Shown here piece by piece: positions 25,576-32,000 of a stretch of DNA of 32,000 nucleotides. Under the pieces are notes generated by a model. That model was not told the origin of the DNA. It saw nothing but the letters and a program-made list of their open reading frames with translations, and searched no databases. The number at the start of each line of letters is the position of its first letter. Positions within the stretch are counted from its first letter, which is position 1. Source of the stretch: Edaphobacter aggregans (GTDB lineage: Bacteria > Acidobacteriota > Terriglobia > Terriglobales > Acidobacteriaceae). Made by a program: the position numbers and the translations under genes. The stretch lies in the NCBI RefSeq assembly GCF_003945235.1, contig NZ_RSDW01000001.1, forward strand, positions 4,710,001-4,742,000. The letters are read 5' to 3'.

Positions 25576-27009
25576 CTAACCACCAACAGTGAGTTCAGGC
25601 GCCGCAAGGTCTGCACTCTCACGCGCCCACGCGGTCGCAGAAGCCCATCCAAGAAACAGCACAATCGCTCCGCATCCCGTCATGATCCACCAGATCGGGT
25701 GCGTCGCCAGCGTGAAGCTGGATCCCTTGGCACGGCTCGAGCTCACCACCGTCCCTGCAATTGCCACGCCCAGCGCCGCGCCCACCTGCCGCGCGGTAGA
25801 AGCGATCGCCGCGGCCACACCCGCCTGCGCTAGAGGCATCCCCGCAACCGCACTGTTGGCAATCGCCGGATTCACCATCCCCAGCCCCAGGCCGAACAAA
25901 GCATAAGCCGCCAACAGCACAGCCAGAGGGGTCCCACGGGTAAGCTGTGTCATCAGCAACGTACTAAGCAAAAAGGATGTGCCCGCAGCGTAGAGCGATG
26001 GCCGTGTACCATACCGTCCGATTAATCGCCCGCTCCAGGGAGAACCCACCATCATCGCCAGCGCCAGCGGCAGCGTGGATAGCCCCGTATGGAACGCTGA
26101 GAACCCACGCACCTGCTGCAGGTAAAGCACATTCAGAAACAGGAAAGCCGAGAACGATGAGAACGCACTTAACCCAAGGATCGTAGCGCAGCTGAACGGC
26201 ACGCTGCGAAAGAATCGCAGGTCCACCAGCGGGTCGTTGCGCCGCGGTTCATAGAGTAGGAAGCCGATAAACGCCGCCCCAGCCGCAGTAAACAGCCCAC
26301 GGATCAGAGAGGAACTCCAACCTGCATCCGGCCCTTCAATGACCGCATACGTTAACGTCATCAGCCCCACGAACACCAGCGCTTGTCCCGCCGGATCGAA
26401 GGCCCGCGCCTGCGCGGCCTTCGACTCCGGCACATACACCGTCGCCAAGATGACAGCCGCAATCCCAATCGGCACGTTGATCCAGAAGATCGAACGCCAA
26501 CCCATTGCCTGCGTCAAAGCGCCGCCCAGCAGGGGTCCCAGCGCCAGTGCCAACCCCGCCACCGCGCCCCACACACCCACCGCCTTCGCCCGCGCCCTGG
26601 GTTCAGTAAAAACATTCGCAACGATGGAGAGCGCGACTGGATTGAGCATGGAAGCGCCCAGACCCTGCAGCGCACGATAAGCCACGAGTTGATCAATAGT
26701 ATGTGCCAGGCTGCAAAGCAGCGAACCCGCTACAAACAGCGTCAGCCCAATCTGAAACACCCGTCTTCGCCCGAATCGATCGGACATGGAACCCGACAGC
26801 ATCAGCAGACTCGCGATCACCAGCGTATACGCGTCGATAATCCATTGCAGTCCCGAAAGACTCGCTTGCAGATCATGCTGAATCGCTGGCAATGCCACGT
26901 TGACGATCGTCACATCCATGGCTATCAGCAGCACGCTCATGCAGCATATCCCCAGCACGAGATTCTGCCGAACAGGCCCGCGGCTGCTCGCGACCTCAGG
27001 CGAGCGCAT
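25576..27009 (-). CDS. MFS transporter, DHA2 (EmrB/QacA) drug:H+ antiporter family, 14-TM type
   Basis: MFS motif A (GSMSDRFGRRRV) and a long hydrophobic profile. I placed the start at the ATG at 27009 (MRSPEV), overlapping the isochorismatase stop by 14 nt; the track start at 27033 is a TTG. Confidence 0.88.
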   Translation of the reverse strand: MRSPEVASSRGPVRQNLVLGICCMSVLLIAMDVTIVNVALPAIQHDLQASLSGLQWIIDAYTLVIASLLMLSGSMSDRFGRRRVFQIGLTLFVAGSLLCSLAHTIDQLVAYRALQGLGASMLNPVALSIVANVFTEPRARAKAVGVWGAVAGLALALGPLLGGALTQAMGWRSIFWINVPIGIAAVILATVYVPESKAAQARAFDPAGQALVFVGLMTLTYAVIEGPDAGWSSSLIRGLFTAAGAAFIGFLLYEPRRNDPLVDLRFFRSVPFSCATILGLSAFSSFSAFLFLNVLYLQQVRGFSAFHTGLSTLPLALAMMVGSPWSGRLIGRYGTRPSLYAAGTSFLLSTLLMTQLTRGTPLAVLLAAYALFGLGLGMVNPAIANSAVAGMPLAQAGVAAAIASTARQVGAALGVAIAGTVVSSSRAKGSSFTLATHPIWWIMTGCGAIVLFLGWASATAWARESADLAAPELTVGG

Positions 27010-27565
27010 TGATGATCTCCTGACTCGAGCCAACTCGTCCGATCATCGGGAAGATCTTCTCCATCGCAAACGTATGCGCGTCAGTCTCAAGTGTGGAGCA
27101 CGCATCCTCCGCGATCACCACCTGAAAGCCGACGGCCACCGCATGCCGCGCCGTAGACTCCACGCCAAAGTTGGTTGCCACACCGCCCAGCACAATCGTC
27201 GTCACGCCCATCTTCTTCAACGTGTCCTCCATCTCTGTCTGGCCAAACGCGCTCCAGTGGCGCTTCGTGATCAGCAGATCACTCTCCTGAAACCCAGCCG
27301 CAGGCACTAGCTCAGAGGCAATCGCGGGGAACGGTCCGGCGGTTGGATCCATGCGCGAGCGATCCACAATCAACGGCATCAGGTTGTTCAAATCCACCCG
27401 CACATAGACAACCTTGGCATCTTTCTCGCGGAAAGCCTTGGCTATCTTGCTTGAAACTTTCACCACCGCATCGGCGGAATATGGCTGGACAGGCATGCCC
27501 AGAATGCCATGCTGCAGATCGATCAGGACAAGAGCTGTAGTTTTCGAATCAAGCGAAAGGGCCAT
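26996..27565 (-). CDS. isochorismatase family (cysteine hydrolase) protein
   Basis: TALVLIDLQHGI...ITKRHWSAFGQTEMEDTLKKMGVTTIVLGGVATNFGVESTARHA has the Asp/Lys/Cys-type isochorismatase-fold pattern. AGGAGA lies upstream of the ATG. Confidence 0.88.
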   Translation of the reverse strand: MALSLDSKTTALVLIDLQHGILGMPVQPYSADAVVKVSSKIAKAFREKDAKVVYVRVDLNNLMPLIVDRSRMDPTAGPFPAIASELVPAAGFQESDLLITKRHWSAFGQTEMEDTLKKMGVTTIVLGGVATNFGVESTARHAVAVGFQVVIAEDACSTLETDAHTFAMEKIFPMIGRVGSSQEIINALA

Positions 27566-27583
27566 CGTGTTCTCTCCTGTAAT

Positions 27584-27641
27584 AAGTCGAGGGTATCCTC
27601 AACTTATCTTTTATTCTAATATACGAGGATGCCCTCGACTT
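27584..27641. promoter_or_regulatory. 17-bp inverted repeat bracketing the divergent promoter region; right arm covers the TetR start codon
   Basis: AAGTCGAGGGTATCCTC (27584-27600) pairs with GAGGATGCCCTCGACTT (27625-27641) at 16 of 17 positions. The 24-bp AT-rich spacer contains TAATAT. Confidence 0.6.
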
Positions 27642-28234
27642 CTGCAAATCCAAGACGCCGCCCGCAACAGAACCGGGCCGAGGTCCGTCGCGCCAGCTTC
27701 CTCCAGGCCGCCGAGCAACTCTTCGGCACCCTTGGCTACGAGGCCGTCACCATGACCGCCATTGCCGAGCAGGCACAGGCGTCCATCGGCACCCTCTATG
27801 ACTATTTCCCAGACAAGCCCACCCTTGCCCTCGCCCTCATCACGCAGTACATCCGTGAGGCCGAGGTGCATTGGGCGAAGCTCCTGCAACGCCCACCCGC
27901 CCGCACCAAGGCCTCCATAGCGGACGTTTTCATCGAAGGCATCCTCGAATTCGCGAACGACCGCATCGCCTATCTCCCGCTGTTGGGTGCGCCCCTCGCC
28001 TACGCCCGCACCAAGGCCGCCCGAGAACCTCTGCGGAGAACCATCGCCACCGCACTCCAGAACCTCAAGCCCAGCCTGTCCGCGGATCGAGCCTTTCTCA
28101 ATGCCCAGGTCATCGTCGAAATCATCAAAGGCATGCTCGGGGTCTACCGCCAGGCCACGCTGAAAGATAGGGAAGCCGTAGTCACCGAGTTCAAGAAGGT
28201 CATGCGCCTCTACCTCACCGATACCCTCGCCTAA
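27629..28234 (+). CDS. TetR/AcrR family transcriptional regulator
   Basis: NRAEVRRASFLQAAEQLFGTLGYEAVTMTAIAEQAQASIGTLYDYFPDKPTL is a TetR HTH. The gene is divergent from the isochorismatase-MFS pair. Confidence 0.88.
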   Translation: MPSTSANPRRRPQQNRAEVRRASFLQAAEQLFGTLGYEAVTMTAIAEQAQASIGTLYDYFPDKPTLALALITQYIREAEVHWAKLLQRPPARTKASIADVFIEGILEFANDRIAYLPLLGAPLAYARTKAAREPLRRTIATALQNLKPSLSADRAFLNAQVIVEIIKGMLGVYRQATLKDREAVVTEFKKVMRLYLTDTLA

Positions 28235-29031
28235 ACGTGCCGTACAGAGCTCTTAACGCCAGCGCTCACCTTGACCGACGTAACATTGGGACGACGGGCG
28301 ATGTATTGCAATCAGTCTCGTTGCCAGCCGCCTTGATTAAAGCTCACGATTGTGTTGCCGCGTCATAGCGCTCCCGGTCAATATTTGGTCGCAATCACCC
28401 ACGTTCAAAACGGGAATGGTGCCCTCGCTGAGGGCCTTGCCTCCAACGGTGGTAAACGGCAACCAGCAGCAGATTACGGCGAACCTCGACTTGAGAAATG
28501 CTTACGCCGGGCAATACTTGCCCTGCTATTGCCAACTTAGAACGGAAATGCACTTGTCCGAGAAACCGACTTTCCTCCAACATCCGTCGCCAATTGACAA
28601 GTCGACGATTCGCCGACTTCTCGTTCAAGTGACGAGAAGCGCGTTCCCCGTTACTAATCGATGGAATCTTGTGGGCCTGCCGAACCGTTTACGTCAGTTT
28701 GTCGGCCGATGGGTTTCTCGCCAGTCGCTAGGCGGCGCGCCTTCCCAAGTTCGAAAGGCCCCGGCCGAATCGGGCTGCAAGAAAGTGAATTCCCCTCCTC
28801 CGATGGAAGCGCGCTCCGAAGAACTGATCTCATCTTGTAACGGTTGTCGGCAGCGCCGCTTGACTGAGACTGTCGCTGGCTGAGAGACTTGGCCGCCAAT
28901 CGCGGAGTGTCGTTACGCGCAAGAAGCCAGGTCAGAAATTCGGCTACAGCAGAAGCAACTCCATCCCATCAGATAGACAGAAAGTGTATCCGTGAAGGTG
29001 CAACTAGAATCTGACGTTGAAACGGAGCGGA

Positions 29032-30306
29032 ATGACAGACAAATCCCAAGACGCGACGCAACCTTCCGACGTAAGAGTCATTGGAAGAGCCGGATCGGCT
29101 ATGGCTTACAAAATTCGGGACTATCTTCAACGCAGCGACGTACCCTTCGTATGGGTCGAACTGGAGAATGATCAGCAGGCACGCAGAGAAGCAGGCGTGA
29201 ACGACCTGCATGACGCGCGACTTCCCGTTTGTGTATTCCCCGATGGCACCCGGATGGAATGTCCCACCATTCGACAGATCACAGAAAAGCTCGGATGGTT
29301 TCGTAGCCCCTCCCTATCCGAATATGACCTTGCAATTTATGGAGCCGGCCCCGCAGGTCTTAGCGCCGCGGTGTATGGTGCTTCAGAGGGTTTAAAGACA
29401 GTTGTTATCGAACGGTCGGCGGTTGGCGGGCAAGCGGGAACCACGTCCAAAATAGAAAACTATCTTGGCTTTCCGAAGGGAATCGCCGGGGCAGACCTGG
29501 CAGAGCGCGCCCGTGAGCAAGCATGTCGGTTTGGAGCAGAGTTCCTGTTGTCGCGCGAAGGAGTAAGTGCGCAGTTTCTTCCCGGCAAGACGGTTGGCTA
29601 TCTTGCCGATGGCACGAAGATTATTGCCAGGTCCACTATTTGCGCTACCGGGGTTCAATATAGACGCCTTAATCTCCCAAACGAACAGAAATTCTTCGGA
29701 GCGGGCCTATATTACGGAGCCGGGGTCAGCGAAACCGCCTTAAGCGACAACGATGAGGTCATCGTCGTGGGTGGCGGGAACTCTGCGGGCCAGGCCGCGA
29801 TGAACTTCTCAGGATCCGCGAAGACAGTGACCGTTGTTATTCGCGGTGATTCGCTAAAGAGTACGCTGTCACACTACCTAATCGACCGCATCAACGCGGC
29901 CAGTAATGTCAGAGTGATCTGCAATACAGAAGTGGCTGAACTTCACGGCGACCCAATGCTGCAATCAGTGACGCTTACAAACAACAAGACAGGCGAAAAA
30001 CAAAACCTGTCAACCAAAGGGCTCTTTATTTGCATTGGCGGGGTTCCGCAGACGGACTGGGCAGCACAGGTAGGAATTATGCGCGATGAAGCGGGGTACC
30101 TGGTAACGGGCCCGGATATGTTGAAAGAAGGTCATCTTCCCGAATCCTGGCTGCTGGACCGACAACCTTACTATCTGGAAACGAATATCCCAGGCATGTT
30201 TGCGGCCGGCGACGTGCGCCATGGAGCGGTAAAACGTTGCGCGTCGGCAGTGGGCGAGGGCGCCATGGCAGTGACTTTAGTGCTCCGCTATCTTGTGGAT
30301 AGTTGA
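29032..30306 (+). CDS. thioredoxin-reductase-like FAD/NAD(P)-binding oxidoreductase with an N-terminal ~95-aa glutaredoxin/thioredoxin-like extension; no CxxC in either domain
   Basis: GxGxxG motifs (IYGAGPAGLSAAVY and VVGGGNSAGQAA) and a C-terminal FAAGDV. The position of the TrxR redox motif CATC reads GAGV. GGAG lies 5 nt upstream of the ATG at 29032. Confidence 0.8.
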   Translation: MTDKSQDATQPSDVRVIGRAGSAMAYKIRDYLQRSDVPFVWVELENDQQARREAGVNDLHDARLPVCVFPDGTRMECPTIRQITEKLGWFRSPSLSEYDLAIYGAGPAGLSAAVYGASEGLKTVVIERSAVGGQAGTTSKIENYLGFPKGIAGADLAERAREQACRFGAEFLLSREGVSAQFLPGKTVGYLADGTKIIARSTICATGVQYRRLNLPNEQKFFGAGLYYGAGVSETALSDNDEVIVVGGGNSAGQAAMNFSGSAKTVTVVIRGDSLKSTLSHYLIDRINAASNVRVICNTEVAELHGDPMLQSVTLTNNKTGEKQNLSTKGLFICIGGVPQTDWAAQVGIMRDEAGYLVTGPDMLKEGHLPESWLLDRQPYYLETNIPGMFAAGDVRHGAVKRCASAVGEGAMAVTLVLRYLVDS

Positions 30307-30600
30307 TAACTCGCGACGCAACACATTCATAACGTAGGAATTCGACGTGGCATCTCCTGTTCCTGATGTAGTTCATGTTTTGAGGCAATAGAGTCCACGG
30401 TATTTCTGCTCTCTTCATTGATGCGCCCTTACGGGCATCCGGACATGCGGTTTTCCCTGCTTATCGAACTCAAGTACAGTTGCTGCTTATCTGCTGCCAA
30501 TCGGAACGCATATCGTTGTGCCAGATGCTCGGCACAAAACTTGGCACCGGGTTGTTTCAAAGGGAACAGGAGTCTTAACATTTGCTAGGGTGGAGCAAGT

Positions 30601-31392
30601 ATGACCGCGTATCCGCAACATGAAGCCGACCGAGTCGATGGAGTCAACGGAGATCGCGCATCTGAACAGCAATCATCAATCAACGCCCAACTGCGAGCGA
30701 CGGCTAATGTGATTCCTGCGCACGTGTGGTATGGCACGCCATCCAGTGCGCTGGTCTTCGTAAACTCACGAAGAGCCAATTACCTCGGACTACCGCCGGA
30801 CCATCCGCTTCGTTTCGGAATCGACCCCGGTGGAGAGTGGGATTCCCACATTCCTTCGCTGCACCTAGAGGATCACGAAGTGGCACGCAGAGTCTGGTCC
30901 ACCTGCTTTCGCACTGAGGTGGCCTTTCGAGTTCGTCATGTTGAGGGGTGGTACAGGTGTTTCCTAAGTCGAGCGGAACCCGTGCGGACCGCGAAGGGAA
31001 CCATGCTGTGTTGGATTGAGGTTAATTTCGACATTGAAGTACAGAAGCGGGCCGAGCAAGAGCATCGGGACCTCGTCGATATCATTCAGGCAATGGTATG
31101 GGTTGCGCTGCCTGATGGCTCCAATATTTACCTAAACCGCCGATACGTGGAGTACTTCGGAATGACGTCGACACAAACATCCGGGATAGGGTGGCCAGTG
31201 GCAGCCCATCCCGATGATCTTCAGAGACACGAAGGCGCGCGTCCGTTGCCAGCGGTTAACCTCGTGAAAGTGAGGTTCGTTTTCGCGGGGCGGATGACCA
31301 ATATCGATGGCATCTCGACCGCGGCCCGCCCCTTGCGAGATGAAGATGGAGATATCGTCAAAAGGAAAACGTGTGTGATGGTGTCTGGCTAG
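30601..31392 (+). pseudogene. decayed PAS-PAS sensor fragment (no kinase domain; second PAS carries frameshifts and an in-frame stop)
   Basis: The first PAS is recognisable (IPAHVWYGTP...FVNSRRANYLGL...YRCFLSRAEPVR...DIEVQKRAEQE). For the second PAS, the family-typical string ASVASG*PRESEVRFRGADDQYRWHLDRG lies in another frame (about 31221-31328, with TAA at 31257-31259). PLRDEDGDIVK returns in the ORF frame. Confidence 0.65.
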
Positions 31393-31495
31393 GTAAATGC
31401 CCAGTGCTCTAAGTCTCATCAAGAGGCTGGTCCCGAAAAGCATATTCTCAACTGAATGATCGACAAATTCACACTGACCGCAATTAGACGACGCT

Positions 31496-32000
31496 ATGCT
31501 TGAGAACCTCGGTCGATTGAAAGGCTATCTTCTCGCAGTCCTGGTATGTGCGATTGCACTGCCCATCGCTTGGGAACTGGATGCTCCCTCTTCCTGCTTC
31601 CTACTGGCGACAATGGTGACCAGTCTCTATGGAGGCCGCGGTCCGGGATACCTGACCGTCGTGGTTTCTTCTATTCTCTTCGATCTCCTTTTCCTGCTTC
31701 CCCGATTTCAACTTCTTCATTCCCACGAATCTTACCTGCGGTTGGCCATCTTTATCGCGGCGATGATTCTTGCGACCGAGTTGATCGCAGCCAAGCGCCG
31801 CTCCGAGGAGTCGCTGCGCCGGACGCAGACAAAACTCTCACAGGCTATGCAAGTAGCGGCCCTGTCGGAGTTCTCCGCCTCGGTTATTCATGAGATCAGC
31901 CAACCTCTGAGCGCGATGGTTGCGAATGGGCAAACATGCGTGCGCTGGCTTTCAACTAATCCTCCGAATATCGAGAATGCACCGGCAGCGGAACGTGTTG
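31496..32000 (+). CDS. sensor histidine kinase with N-terminal DUF4118-type membrane domain; 3' end lies outside the window
   Basis: My own translation from the ATG at 31496 gives MLENLGRLKGYLLAVLVCAIALPIAWEL...GPGYLTVVVSSILFDLLFL...LRLAIFIAAMILATELIAAKRRSEESLRRTQTKL...SASVIHEISQPLSAMVANGQ (H-box). The frame is open to the window end, which is probably why it is absent from the ORF track. Confidence 0.8.
   Translation, partial: MLENLGRLKGYLLAVLVCAIALPIAWELDAPSSCFLLATMVTSLYGGRGPGYLTVVVSSILFDLLFLLPRFQLLHSHESYLRLAIFIAAMILATELIAAKRRSEESLRRTQTKLSQAMQVAALSEFSASVIHEISQPLSAMVANGQTCVRWLSTNPPNIENAPAAERV

Noticed and set aside
28350-28883. A 177-aa plus-strand ORF as a real gene.
   Set aside because: It has no Shine-Dalgarno sequence, an odd Cys/Arg/Pro-rich composition and no recognisable family or motifs. 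I kept it only as part of the ORF-poor-region finding.
30542-30556. A sigma-54-like motif TGGCACCGGGTTGT about 45 nt upstream of the PAS ORF.
   Set aside because: The spacing between the GG and the would-be -12 element is one nucleotide short, and the -12 element reads TTGT rather than TTGC. The downstream gene is also a pseudogene, so support is insufficient.
1-32000. A search for CRISPR arrays, tRNA/rRNA genes, IS elements, integrases or phage genes.
   Set aside because: I saw no regularly spaced direct repeats, no cloverleaf-like or rRNA-like segments, and no transposase- or integrase-like translations in the ORF track. None are reported.

Overview
This is a GC-rich bacterial chromosomal window with about 35 supportable genes. 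I saw no rRNA, tRNA, CRISPR array, transposase or integrase. The protein families (GAF-GAF sigma-54 activator, PAS-rich kinases, DUF4118 kinase, DUF2934) suggest a soil bacterium, possibly Acidobacteriota, but that is only a guess.

Positions 1-13,700 are a regulator-dense patchwork. Small hydrolase and oxidoreductase genes (alpha/beta hydrolase, dienelactone hydrolase, crotonase, MBL hydrolase, three SDRs, quinone oxidoreductase, SnoaL-like, DUF302, DUF427, DUF2934) sit between two AraC and three TetR regulators. Two of the TetR genes have clear palindromic operator candidates in their divergent intergenic regions.

Positions 14,500-23,000 form one co-directional minus-strand array. In order it reads: STAS-like small protein, RND adaptor, RND pump, NodT outer-membrane lipoprotein, ion-channel-like protein with a degenerate selectivity filter, universal stress protein, ECF sigma factor, and an aspartate-less receiver-like protein. 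A near-consensus sigma-54 (-24/-12) promoter sits upstream of the array, and a GAF-GAF-AAA+-HTH sigma-54 activator is encoded divergently. This sigma-54-driven, STAS-led efflux operon with its appended channel-like gene and the orphan ECF/pseudo-receiver pair is the most interesting candidate system here.

Positions 25,500-28,250 hold a TetR / isochorismatase / DHA2 MFS efflux module with a 17-bp inverted repeat. After an ORF-poor gap of about 800 bp come a thioredoxin-reductase-like flavoprotein lacking redox cysteines, a decayed PAS-PAS sensor remnant, and the 5' part of a DUF4118 histidine kinase that runs off the window.

Several independent gene lesions are visible: a frameshifted SDR, a truncated Gfo/Idh/MocA gene, an EmrB 3' remnant and a multiply damaged PAS gene. 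All family assignments come from motif recognition by eye. No database search was run.
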